Source: a virus. From it: a stretch of 64,000 nt of DNA. The position numbers were made by a program, and so were the translations under genes. The DNA is taken from the IMG/VR virus record IMGVR_UViG_3300012920_000025, positions 1 to 64,000 of that record. One strand, written 5' to 3'. Below are positions 25,937 to 35,646 of this stretch, piece by piece; position 1 is the first letter of the stretch; every line of letters starts with the position of its first letter. The notes under the pieces are model-generated. The model ran no database searches. It was not told the origin of the DNA and was given only the letters and a program-made list of their open reading frames with translations.

Positions 25937-28132
25937 ATGGCACTATCACTCAATCAAATACTAGAAACGTTGCGAGAAAAAGGTGTCTCTACAGAAATCT
26001 TAGAGTCTATAACACAGATGTCTGTGTCCGCCGCAGCAGATTCATTTGACGCCACCGCCGATCCTGCACAAGTAAGGACTTACTACGCCAATATAAATAG
26101 ACTTTTAGAAGAAAACAGGTCTTCTCTTGAGGGGGTGATTGATATAGATGAGGAGTCGCTTCGTACACTTGAAGAGGAGATGGATGTTTTAAGAGAGATT
26201 ATTGACAATGAAATTGAATCCGGCAACCTCCAATCTGAAAGACTTCAGTCCGCAAAAGAAAGATTTAAAGAAGTTTCAAAACTTGCCAAAGAAAAGAAGA
26301 ATTTTCTTGAAGGCGCAGCAAAGGGCGAAGCGGCCGCCGAACAACTACTCCAGGCAACTTTTGGATTAAGCACCGAATGGTCCGCGCTTGGATCTAAGGA
26401 TGGCATGAAGGGACTTGGCAAGGGTTTTGCTGGCGGCATAAAAAAAATGTTAAATCCAATGAGCATACTCATCGCTATTGCACAAAAGGTTTTAGAAAGA
26501 GCGATGGCATACGATAAAGCATCAGCCGATCTCTTCAAAAAAACTGCAATTGATCGCGACAAGATTCGTTTATCCACAATGGCTACTGATCTTAAAGGTA
26601 TGACGATTGATTTAGAGAAAAAAGTTGCAAGTGCTGTAGGGTCACTGCAGGAAGGTTTCAGGCAGATAGGAGACTTAAGTCAAACTCAATTAGAAACAAC
26701 CGCAAAAACAATAACTATTTTAGATGGTGTTGGGGTGTCAAGCAATGATACGGTTGATACTTTTGGTATTCTAACGCAAACATTGGGACAAACCCCAGAA
26801 CAGGCAAATGAATTTTTAAATAACACAGTTGCAATATCTCGTGAACTAGGCCGCCCGCCGAGAGAACTAGTAAGCGATTTCGCAAAAAACGCACCTATCT
26901 TTGCAAGGTTCGGCAGCAGAAGTGTAAAAATATTCAAAGATATGGCACTCCAGGCAACACTTCTTGAGATGGACACAGCAAAACTTTTTGGACTTTCTGA
27001 AGGTATGGACACTTTCGAAGGCGCAGCAAAGGCTGCGCAGGCATTTAATGTTGCTGTTGGCGGACCATTCTTGAGCGCACAGGCATTACTGGCAGCAGAA
27101 GGTTCAGAAAAATTTGAATTGATTGCCGAAGCATATAAAAGAGCAAGTGGTGGAAAAGATATTTTATCTGAAAGAGACAAGCGCGGATTGGCCAAAGATC
27201 TGCAAATGGCACCTGACGAATTGATGAGGATGCTTAAAGGCGAAGGCGCGAACTTTAAAACAAAAAGAGAAAAGATGGACGAGGCACAATCAACGATGGC
27301 AGAAAATATAGAACTACAATCCAAAAACCAAACGGTAATGGATCAGTTGACTGCCCAAATGCAGCGAATAATCGATGGACTCATCAAAGCAACCGGCGCA
27401 GACAAGGGTCTTGCATATGTGGCAGAAATTTTAACAGGTGTGGCCCAAACGCTTGCTCCGGATGAAATGCAAAGAACAATGGAAAACCAAAAGAAGATCA
27501 AGGAAGAAGGTGGTCTCATAAGAATAAATGATGAGATGTTTACTGATCACCTGGGCGATTCAAGTTTTTTTGGAACAACCCATGAGGTTTACTACTCCAA
27601 GAAACAAATCACAGATGCAAGAAAGAAGATCAAAGCAGGTCAGGGAGATGATGTTAAAGATGAGTTGTTGGAGTTCTTAACAACAACATCTGCGGTGATT
27701 CAAGATGAAAAGGGCAGAGATCAGTTAATGACACCGCAGGAGATGACAGATAGGCAATTCGAGCAATATCTTAAAACATTTGGTGGGGTCGACTACACAA
27801 AAGAGGGATATAATGTTATTAGTGCAGATCAAACAATGGGCACGTTTGTACCCGGTGAATTGGGAACAGGTTATCTTGTGCAGAAAAACAACGATGCAAT
27901 AGTTGGACCCGCGTCATCAGCACAAGGATACATTCAACCTGTTTTTAATAAACAAGATAAGTTCTACGCAGCAAAAGACGGCGGAGCGATCGCCAATGCT
28001 CTGGATCAGGTCTTGCATGCTGTAGATAAACTGATAGAAGAAAAACAAGACGTAAACCTAGATATTAATGATAGGAAGTTAGCGCAAGCAGTAGATGGCG
28101 CTTTTGCTACTTTGAACGCAAGGAGGGTATAG
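25937..28132 (+). CDS. Tape-measure-like protein 2
   Basis: 731 aa Ala-rich helical; MDTFEGAAKAAQAFNVAVGGPFL; C-terminal VNLDINDRKLA. Confidence 0.7.
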   Translation: MALSLNQILETLREKGVSTEILESITQMSVSAAADSFDATADPAQVRTYYANINRLLEENRSSLEGVIDIDEESLRTLEEEMDVLREIIDNEIESGNLQSERLQSAKERFKEVSKLAKEKKNFLEGAAKGEAAAEQLLQATFGLSTEWSALGSKDGMKGLGKGFAGGIKKMLNPMSILIAIAQKVLERAMAYDKASADLFKKTAIDRDKIRLSTMATDLKGMTIDLEKKVASAVGSLQEGFRQIGDLSQTQLETTAKTITILDGVGVSSNDTVDTFGILTQTLGQTPEQANEFLNNTVAISRELGRPPRELVSDFAKNAPIFARFGSRSVKIFKDMALQATLLEMDTAKLFGLSEGMDTFEGAAKAAQAFNVAVGGPFLSAQALLAAEGSEKFELIAEAYKRASGGKDILSERDKRGLAKDLQMAPDELMRMLKGEGANFKTKREKMDEAQSTMAENIELQSKNQTVMDQLTAQMQRIIDGLIKATGADKGLAYVAEILTGVAQTLAPDEMQRTMENQKKIKEEGGLIRINDEMFTDHLGDSSFFGTTHEVYYSKKQITDARKKIKAGQGDDVKDELLEFLTTTSAVIQDEKGRDQLMTPQEMTDRQFEQYLKTFGGVDYTKEGYNVISADQTMGTFVPGELGTGYLVQKNNDAIVGPASSAQGYIQPVFNKQDKFYAAKDGGAIANALDQVLHAVDKLIEEKQDVNLDINDRKLAQAVDGAFATLNARRV

Positions 28133-28133
28133 T

Positions 28134-28979
28134 ATGGGTTTTTATCAAAACTTTGGTCGTGATGCAAAAGGGCAAGATGGTATTCCAAGTATCGATCCAG
28201 TGTTGGCAGGGTTCGAAGAAGCGGGGTACTTAATAGAGGTGCTGCACATCTCTTCAGGCAAGATGGCAGTTTTTCCATCTTGGATTACAGACTTCTCTGA
28301 TTCTTATGCGAGCAGTTGGAATTCAGAAACCATTTACGGAAGAAGCGACCCTATTGGTATATACCAAGGAACAACGAGAACTATTTCAGTCGCATTGAGC
28401 ATTCCTTCTTACAGTGTTGTTGAGGCCAGGGAAAACATGCACCAACTAGAGCACCTTATCGCGAACTTGTATCCATCATACAAAAAAGATACCAAAGGCA
28501 CTCTGACAATGGTCGGATCTCCAATGGTAAAAGTTAAATTTGCGAATCTTATTAAAAATGCAGAAAAAAGAAACAATGCAATCTCGGCAGCAGAAGGCGG
28601 ACTATCTGGATGGATTAACAATGTTACTTTCACGCCCAATCTAGAGTCGGGGTTTCATCACATGAGTCCGAACATGTCAGTTTCGGACCAGAATGATTAT
28701 AATGGAGCACACTCAGTTACTAAGTTTCGAAACAAAAGTCACACATTACTTCCGAAGGTTATAGATTTTTCTTTTACTCTCACTGTAGTGCACGAACACC
28801 CGCTGGGGTGGCAAGGAAAGTCGTGGTTAAATGAAACAGGACTTTTTCCTTATGGTACAGAGACTATTTCAGGCGGCCAGCATGCAGCGGGAAACCAGGT
28901 TGGTGCAACAACAAGAACAGGTGGCAAGGTAGCAAAAGCACTTGTTGCTAACGCATTTAAGGGGAGACCAAAAGTTTGA
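28134..28979 (+). CDS. Baseplate tail-tube initiator (gp48/gp54-like)
   Basis: ITDFSDSY..SWN....YGRSDPI..YQGTTRTIS; LP..IDFSF.LTVVHE. Confidence 0.65.
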   Translation: MGFYQNFGRDAKGQDGIPSIDPVLAGFEEAGYLIEVLHISSGKMAVFPSWITDFSDSYASSWNSETIYGRSDPIGIYQGTTRTISVALSIPSYSVVEARENMHQLEHLIANLYPSYKKDTKGTLTMVGSPMVKVKFANLIKNAEKRNNAISAAEGGLSGWINNVTFTPNLESGFHHMSPNMSVSDQNDYNGAHSVTKFRNKSHTLLPKVIDFSFTLTVVHEHPLGWQGKSWLNETGLFPYGTETISGGQHAAGNQVGATTRTGGKVAKALVANAFKGRPKV

Positions 28980-29332
28980 GTTCTAGATACGGATTACGAT
29001 CTACAAGAGAAAATAAGCATCCACTTTACAAAAGGATGATAAAAGATCGTGGTGAAAAAAAGATTACCCACTTTCGAGCGCCAAAGTTTGCAGTTTTGAG
29101 TGATGAACTTATTGCAAGCATTGACGTAGAGATGGTCTACTGGGGTATTCAAACTAGGTATTGGAAGTTGGCGTCTGAACATTATGGAGATCCATCATTG
29201 TGGTGGGTGATTGCATACTTTAACAGAAAACCAACAGAATCTCATGTTAAAATAGGAGAGATGATTTTTATCCCTGATCAGTGGGAAGTCATATATAACG
29301 CTATCATAGAGGGCGACGAGAGGTTTAGTTAA
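28976..29332 (+). CDS. Baseplate wedge protein, gp53/LysM-like
   Basis: R..KLASEHYGDPSLWWVIAYFN....VKIGEMIFIP. Confidence 0.8.
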   Translation: MSSRYGLRSTRENKHPLYKRMIKDRGEKKITHFRAPKFAVLSDELIASIDVEMVYWGIQTRYWKLASEHYGDPSLWWVIAYFNRKPTESHVKIGEMIFIPDQWEVIYNAIIEGDERFS

Positions 29333-29333
29333 C

Positions 29334-31697
29334 ATGTCAGGAAATAAAGGTCTCTCAAACCTAAACAAACAAGCATTCGAACTCGCCCGAGGCGACTATC
29401 TAAAAATCCAGTCGACAATGACAGACCAATACATCTTAACTCAGTTTTTGGGGGACTTGGTAAAGCAGTCTGAAGAGGGAAAAATACCTTCTGCACCTCA
29501 CTCTGGAGTGACGGTACCTCTTAGGCGTGTTGACCCATATGAGTTGTGTACTTTACTCACAAGATCCGGCGATTCTTTGGCACACAGGAATGTCTTTAAT
29601 ACTTTTAACAATGCGCAACTTTCTTTTTTGACTCCGGAAATAAAAATGGTGATAAGAAAGAGATCAGGATCAGGTACGACGCTACATTCGATTCCCTTAC
29701 AAAACATACAACCGAAAATGAAAATCTTTGAGAGTGTTGAGAAGAGCACTGCGCTCATCGGATTAAAAAATATAAACCTAGAATTTGCTGGTCAGCATTA
29801 CGCTACCGCAAGAAATGACATTAATGCTACTGCGACTTTTTATGGTAATACTTTGGCGGCATTTGAAAAGCATCCAATCTATCAAAATCTCATCTTGCCA
29901 CCTATAGCAACCGAGGGCACAGATAACTCTGCACCTTCTGAGGTCGAAGTCTTGTTGCATGTAGGGTGGGCCCTGCCCTCCAAGGAAGCAGAAAAATCAC
30001 TTAATTTTACAGAAATTCAGATGCAGGCACTCACGGCGCAGTTTCAGTCGTTTGTTATGATGTATACTGGACATTCCTTTTCTTTTAACCAAGACGGCAG
30101 CTTTATATTGAATGTAAATTATGTTTCAATGATTGACGAAATCCTGACCACTGCCAACTACATAACGAATGAGTCTTTTGCAAAAAGAGTGTTTGGAAAG
30201 TCGGGAGATAAATCTCCAGACAAACCGCTAACTCCAAAAGTCAGTAAGTTTGTAAGTAAATTTATAGAAGCGAACTACTCAGCAGCAAAACCAGAGACAA
30301 AAACAATGGTAAGAAATGCTCTTCTAGTCCGAGGACCTGACAAGGTTTCTGAGCAAATAGAAATTTTTAAAAGAAGACAAGCATCGCTGGCACCATCAGA
30401 GTTTGCTAAAATGTTTGAAGATCTTAGGTACAAATACCTAAAGATAAAACGACCAAAGTTAAACTTACTTTTTCTTAAAAAAGCACTTAAGAGGTACGTT
30501 CCGAATATATCTAATTCAAATATCAGCACACTTGTTGCAGAAATAGCAACAGATTCTGAATTCAATGCAAGAGAATTTTATACAAACGCCGAAGCGATCA
30601 GGATAAGTGGTCTAAAAATCGCTGGCAAGATAGACGAGTTTGCAGAGTTCCTCGGTGCTGGCAAAAACATTACAGGAAAAAGACCCCCTAACGCAATTCG
30701 AGAAGCAATGTCACCGGCACTACAACAACCAACATACTTAACGAGAGAACAGTTTTTGAAAGAAACGGTCATCGATCCAAAAGATGACGAAATAGCAGAA
30801 ACCAAATACATACCGTTTACAACTGTCGGATACTTTATACAGACTTTTTTATCAAAGGTTAAACATCAAATTTCTGGTAGAGATATAAAGGTCGTTCTTG
30901 GAACACTCAAGGTAAGCATCCCAGGTGACATAGCAAATAAAAAAGTCTATTCAATATTTGATATTCCCATAGCGGAACAATCTATAAAGGAAGTAATCAG
31001 AAAACTTTTTACAGGAAGGGTAACTGAAAGAGTTACATTTCTGGCATTTATGAGAGTTCTTATGGAAGAGGTGGTTGAAAAATATTACATACAAGGTGAT
31101 TTTGTTTTTGATGCGGGACTTAAACGGTCTTCAAACATTGTCAGAACAGCCCAGTTTACAATCCCAGAAGCAACAGCATCCAAGATAAATTCTTCAACAA
31201 TAAAGAAGGGATTTAGGCAAGATATAAGATCACTTGCAACTGTAGAGAACCCTCCAGAATCAGTAAATCTTTACTTTGTTACTGCTGGTCCTGCTGCAGA
31301 TCCATCTGAGTTACTGTTAGACAACTATGTTGTATCTTCTCCAAACAGCGTTATAAAAAAGATTAATTATACAGAGTCCAATATTGCAATCATTGCTGAA
31401 AAGCGCAACGATCTTATTGCCAAAGCATACAGGGATGGAAATTTAGAGATTCTACCGCAAGTCTATAACGTAAAGATGGATATAGTTGGGAACATGATGT
31501 TCATACCCGGATATGTATTTAATCTTTGGCCAAACACAATGGGACTCAGTGCAGAGTCCAAAGATTCCGTGCTAAAAAAACTTGGATTGTTGGGTAGTTA
31601 TTGGACAATAGGCGTAGAGCATTCTTTCGGTGAAGGCGGATTCACTACAACGATAGATGCATACAATGTAACTGTTGGCGAATCACCAACGAGATAG
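29334..31697 (+). CDS. Putative baseplate hub protein (gp27/gpD-like, divergent)
   Basis: C-terminal MDIVGN....PG.....GSYWTIGVEHSFGEGGFTTTI, typical of hub proteins; synteny. Confidence 0.55.
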   Translation: MSGNKGLSNLNKQAFELARGDYLKIQSTMTDQYILTQFLGDLVKQSEEGKIPSAPHSGVTVPLRRVDPYELCTLLTRSGDSLAHRNVFNTFNNAQLSFLTPEIKMVIRKRSGSGTTLHSIPLQNIQPKMKIFESVEKSTALIGLKNINLEFAGQHYATARNDINATATFYGNTLAAFEKHPIYQNLILPPIATEGTDNSAPSEVEVLLHVGWALPSKEAEKSLNFTEIQMQALTAQFQSFVMMYTGHSFSFNQDGSFILNVNYVSMIDEILTTANYITNESFAKRVFGKSGDKSPDKPLTPKVSKFVSKFIEANYSAAKPETKTMVRNALLVRGPDKVSEQIEIFKRRQASLAPSEFAKMFEDLRYKYLKIKRPKLNLLFLKKALKRYVPNISNSNISTLVAEIATDSEFNAREFYTNAEAIRISGLKIAGKIDEFAEFLGAGKNITGKRPPNAIREAMSPALQQPTYLTREQFLKETVIDPKDDEIAETKYIPFTTVGYFIQTFLSKVKHQISGRDIKVVLGTLKVSIPGDIANKKVYSIFDIPIAEQSIKEVIRKLFTGRVTERVTFLAFMRVLMEEVVEKYYIQGDFVFDAGLKRSSNIVRTAQFTIPEATASKINSSTIKKGFRQDIRSLATVENPPESVNLYFVTAGPAADPSELLLDNYVVSSPNSVIKKINYTESNIAIIAEKRNDLIAKAYRDGNLEILPQVYNVKMDIVGNMMFIPGYVFNLWPNTMGLSAESKDSVLKKLGLLGSYWTIGVEHSFGEGGFTTTIDAYNVTVGESPTR

Positions 31698-31706
31698 GAG
31701 ATTGTT

Positions 31707-32816
31707 ATGGGGAAAATTATTAGCAGCATAACAAATAAGTCTTCCTACAACAGGGAGTCAAGTATTATAGACAATCTCAATCTTATTGACAACTGGGATC
31801 AAAAACAGTTCTTTTATCTTCGACGAAATAACAAAAATAGAACTATTGCTGTATGGGACAGGGGAAACATGTCTCAACTTAGCGATACAGAAGTTTGTAT
31901 AAATTTTGTAGCAGATGCTTTCGCAGATTTTCAAACTCATTACCGCAAAAAAGTGGTGAATGGGTTGAAACCTTTTATGGACATGAAGACTCTAAAGGTA
32001 GAGAAGGCGTATGTTAGACCAATTGCTGCTTACTTGGAGCACCAAAAGAGACTAGAAGCGCTTCTGTTAGAAAATGTACTAGTTCCAGATGCCAATAGAA
32101 TAAAAACATTTGAAGATTACGCGGGATGCTTTGATAAGTTTGTTAGAGAGTATGGACACAGATACCCAATATTGTATTCGACTTTTGTCAATTCTCATTA
32201 CTGCTCTCTTTACTCTACTGGTCTCATGATTGAATTGGGATCACATGGTCACAACAGTGATGAGAAGAGGAGGGAAGCGCTCAATGACGACTCCTTAACG
32301 TTCTTTGTTGACTTAGCTAAAGAGTATGGATTTACGGTTCCAAAGCAGGCACCGTGGTGCATCATTGCAAATTTAGATTCTCAAGCGATGCAGAACTATG
32401 CTATAGAATATAACGCATTGACCAAGAAAGAGATAATGAAAGAATATTTTTATGAATGCAAGAACCACGACATCGATCTCCTTAAGGGACTAATGTTTAA
32501 TGGATTGGAAGCATTACAAGAAAAGAATCCTTTGATTGAAATCAATAAAGTGTGTAAGAGTGGAAAACTAAGAAAAGTTACATCCTCAAGAAATCTGCCT
32601 GAAACTAAAACATTATTTGATTCTATGTCTTCAAGGCATATGCTTAGAGCGTATATCGAAACTTTGTTGATAGAGAGGCGTGTTAAAATAGAGAAACTAA
32701 AACTTGACATACTTTTTGAAGAATGTTATTATATGCTTGAAAAATATAGTTTCGATATCGCCTATACTTTTATCGAGATGAAGATATTAGAAACAAGACC
32801 AGACAGGATTAGGTAG
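31707..32816 (+). CDS. Hypothetical protein
   Basis: 369-aa ORF with SD AGGAG; no family recognised. Confidence 0.7.
   Translation: MGKIISSITNKSSYNRESSIIDNLNLIDNWDQKQFFYLRRNNKNRTIAVWDRGNMSQLSDTEVCINFVADAFADFQTHYRKKVVNGLKPFMDMKTLKVEKAYVRPIAAYLEHQKRLEALLLENVLVPDANRIKTFEDYAGCFDKFVREYGHRYPILYSTFVNSHYCSLYSTGLMIELGSHGHNSDEKRREALNDDSLTFFVDLAKEYGFTVPKQAPWCIIANLDSQAMQNYAIEYNALTKKEIMKEYFYECKNHDIDLLKGLMFNGLEALQEKNPLIEINKVCKSGKLRKVTSSRNLPETKTLFDSMSSRHMLRAYIETLLIERRVKIEKLKLDILFEECYYMLEKYSFDIAYTFIEMKILETRPDRIR
32704..32732 (+). promoter_or_regulatory. Sigma70-type promoter embedded in upstream CDS
   Basis: TTGACA-17 nt-TATTAT with extended TG. Confidence 0.6.
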
Positions 32817-33928
32817 TGTACTTTCAGATTATTGATAACAACAAGAAGTGCCTGAAGGTGTTTGCTTCGGGAAACTTTGTTGATTATTCAGGACAAAAAG
32901 AATTCTCCAAGACATGGAGACATTCCGCACATCTTTCAAATAGAGATGATATAGACTATGCTATTCTGTATACAGAACAAGGAGATATATTTGCTTCTTG
33001 TCCGGGTTTTGTGCAAGAAGCGTGGCAGTCAAGTTCAGGTAGAGTTGCCGCGCTAATAAAATCTGCAAAAACCACTCAGTGTGATATCGAAAACAACTGT
33101 ATTTACGATTTCATTCCCGATAATTTTTTGCGGGATTTTTTGTCAGACAAGCAAGCGATCATCAGGCATATATTCGAAAGTAAATCAAAACCCTGGCACT
33201 ACGATGTATTAAGGAAAGCACACATACTCACCGAGGAGATGAATGCGAACTACAATATATTCGATGGCAAACTAAGACGAACGAACTATAGCGTGTTCGG
33301 TACAAAAACAGGAAGACTATCAAATGCAAAGGCAGGCATACCGATACTAACACTGAAGAGGGAAGACAGGCACCTACTTCAACCTACAAATGACTTTTTC
33401 TTGGAATTAGACTTCAATGCGGCTGAGTTGCGGACCCTGCTATCGCTATCGGGACAAGAGCAACCCGAAGAGGACATCCACGAATGGACATCTGCAAAGG
33501 CAGGTGTGGACAGAGAAGATATGAAGAAGCGAACGTTCGCGTGGTTGTACAACCCTGAAGCGTCAGATTCGCTCTTAGAGCGACTTTATGATAGAAATGG
33601 TATAAAGGATAGGTTTTATGATAAAAATGCCGTAAAAACGCCTTTCTTGCGTCAAATTATGACAGACGACCGCAGAGCACTAAACTACATCATACAAAGC
33701 ACAAGCAGTGATATATGCATAACACAGGCGTATAGGTTGCGAGAACTTTTTAAAGAATGTAAAACAAAAATCTGTTATTTAATGCACGATTCTGTTATAC
33801 TAGATTGTGCAAAAGAAGATAAGGAAAAGTTTCTCGAAGCAAGAAAAATATTTGCTGATACAAGTTTTGGCCAATATAGAGTCAACATGTCTATGGGTAA
33901 AAACTTCGGGGAAATGAAAAGAATATAA
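32816..33928 (+). CDS. polA: Minimal family A DNA polymerase (polymerase domain only)
   Basis: TKTGRLS; motif A LDFNAAELR; motif B R...K...F...Y; NYIIQSTSSD; motif C MHDS. Confidence 0.8.
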   Translation: MYFQIIDNNKKCLKVFASGNFVDYSGQKEFSKTWRHSAHLSNRDDIDYAILYTEQGDIFASCPGFVQEAWQSSSGRVAALIKSAKTTQCDIENNCIYDFIPDNFLRDFLSDKQAIIRHIFESKSKPWHYDVLRKAHILTEEMNANYNIFDGKLRRTNYSVFGTKTGRLSNAKAGIPILTLKREDRHLLQPTNDFFLELDFNAAELRTLLSLSGQEQPEEDIHEWTSAKAGVDREDMKKRTFAWLYNPEASDSLLERLYDRNGIKDRFYDKNAVKTPFLRQIMTDDRRALNYIIQSTSSDICITQAYRLRELFKECKTKICYLMHDSVILDCAKEDKEKFLEARKIFADTSFGQYRVNMSMGKNFGEMKRI

Positions 33929-34764
33929 TGTATACTGTTATTGGTTTAGGTGGAGTGGGGTGTAGAGTGGCAAAGTGCTTCTCTGAGTACTCCCAATACA
34001 ACGTTCTGTGCATAGATGATCAAAAGACTGGGTGGAAAGATCAGGTGCTGATTCCAAAGCAAAGTAAACCTGAAGATTATGAGCAATCGTTTAAAAATTT
34101 AACGAAAACTAAGTTAGACAAAATAAAAGAAAATGTTATTTTTGTATTGAGTGGTGCAAGCATGGTTTCTAGCATCGCGTTGCGATTACTGCACCAAATC
34201 AAGAAAAAAAATATTACGATACTTTGTATAAGACCGGAGTCGGAACTGATGGATGCAACAGAGTCCGCTCAAGAGAGGGTAATATTTTCTGTATTGCAAG
34301 AATACACAAGGTCTGGACTTTTTGAAAGAATGTACTTGACAAGCAATGAGAAAATGGATACTCTTGTAGAAGATGCGAGTATTAAAGAATATTATCCTAC
34401 GATGAACAGAATGATTGCGTCTGTATTTCACATGATGATGGTCTTTGATCATCAGGATGCAGTTGTTTCCAATTTCTCTGAGACTAATGAAGCAAGGAGA
34501 GTGTGCACGCTTGGTATTTTAAATATGGAAAGCGGATCTGAGACAAGGTTTTTTCCTTTTGAAGATACAATGGAAACAAAACTGTACTATGGTATATCTA
34601 AGGATACTCTGAATAATGATAAGAACTTACAAAGAAACATTATAAAATTAATCAAAGATAAAAATGAAGAACTGTGCAAATACAGTTATGGCGTTTACGA
34701 AACGCAGTACGATTGGGACTTTTGTTATATAAAATATTTTTCTTCGAAAGTCCAAGAATTTTAG
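33928..34764 (+). CDS. Divergent tubulin/FtsZ (PhuZ/TubZ)-like protein
   Basis: VIGLGGVGCRVA T1 loop, IRPE, SNEKM..YY..MNRMI; GGGTG(S/T)G signature replaced by SGASMVSS. Confidence 0.55.
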   Translation: MYTVIGLGGVGCRVAKCFSEYSQYNVLCIDDQKTGWKDQVLIPKQSKPEDYEQSFKNLTKTKLDKIKENVIFVLSGASMVSSIALRLLHQIKKKNITILCIRPESELMDATESAQERVIFSVLQEYTRSGLFERMYLTSNEKMDTLVEDASIKEYYPTMNRMIASVFHMMMVFDHQDAVVSNFSETNEARRVCTLGILNMESGSETRFFPFEDTMETKLYYGISKDTLNNDKNLQRNIIKLIKDKNEELCKYSYGVYETQYDWDFCYIKYFSSKVQEF

Positions 34765-34793
34765 TTGACAAACAAAAAAACATTTAGTATATT
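34765..34793 (+). promoter_or_regulatory. Sigma70-type promoter
   Basis: TTGACA-17-TATATT. Confidence 0.75.
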
Positions 34794-34874
34794 GTAGAAA
34801 GTTGGTCGGGAGATTTGCCGACCTGCTTTAGCCGAAGGTGCAAAAAAATAACATACCATAAGGAGGTAGTAAAT

Positions 34875-35633
34875 ATGGCACTTAATATTGAACTAATGAA
34901 GCAAAAGATGTCTTCATTAACAGGAAAGGGGGACAAAAAGAATAACTTCTGGCGTCCTCAAGAAGGAGAAAATAATATTCGTATTATTCCCACTCCAGAT
35001 GGTGACCCATTTAAGGAAAAGTTTTTCCACTATGGCATCGGTGAACAATCGTTTTTGTGCCCAAAGCGCAACTTTGGAGATGATTGTCCAGTATGTAATC
35101 TGGGTAACGAGTTGTGGAACGAGGGTACCGAAGATAGCAAGTCTATGGCAAAGACCATGTTTGCAAAGCAGCGATTCTTTTCACCTGTCTTGGTCAGAGG
35201 CGAAGAATCAGAAGGTGTAAAGGTGTGGGGGTATGGCAAGTTGGCATACCAGAAGTTACTTGGTATTGTTCTTGACCCTGATTATGGAGACATTACAGAT
35301 CCAGAAGATGGTAATGACTTAAAATTGATGTATGGAAAGCAACCTGGAGCGTCTTACCCAACCACGGACATTCGCCCACGTCCTCGAAAGTCTGTACTTT
35401 GCGATGATGCTGTCGGAGGCGATGAAGCATGCGCAGAGTTGTTGGAAAAGGTTCCAAACCTTGACAATGTTTTTGAGAGAAAAACAACTGCTGAAGTCGC
35501 CGCAATCCTTGAGTCCCACTTGAGCACTGGCGAAACATCTGGCGAGGTTACCCGAGGAGGCAATAACACTTCTACAGTTAAGGACTCTATTGAGCAAAGT
35601 TTCGATGCTGCGTTCAATGAGATTTCTGGTTAG
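34875..35633 (+). CDS. Single-stranded DNA-binding protein, gp32-like
   Basis: FWRP..G...IRIIP, CP...CPVC, GVKVWGYG, DYGDITDP..G.D, acidic/aromatic C-tail; start moved to ATG 34875 (SD AAGGAGG). Confidence 0.85.
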   Translation: MALNIELMKQKMSSLTGKGDKKNNFWRPQEGENNIRIIPTPDGDPFKEKFFHYGIGEQSFLCPKRNFGDDCPVCNLGNELWNEGTEDSKSMAKTMFAKQRFFSPVLVRGEESEGVKVWGYGKLAYQKLLGIVLDPDYGDITDPEDGNDLKLMYGKQPGASYPTTDIRPRPRKSVLCDDAVGGDEACAELLEKVPNLDNVFERKTTAEVAAILESHLSTGETSGEVTRGGNNTSTVKDSIEQSFDAAFNEISG

Positions 35634-35646
35634 TGGAGTTTAGTTG

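Noticed and set aside
18585-31697. Bacterial contractile injection system (eCIS/tailocin) rather than phage
   Set aside because: Linked to capsid, neck and a complete replication module
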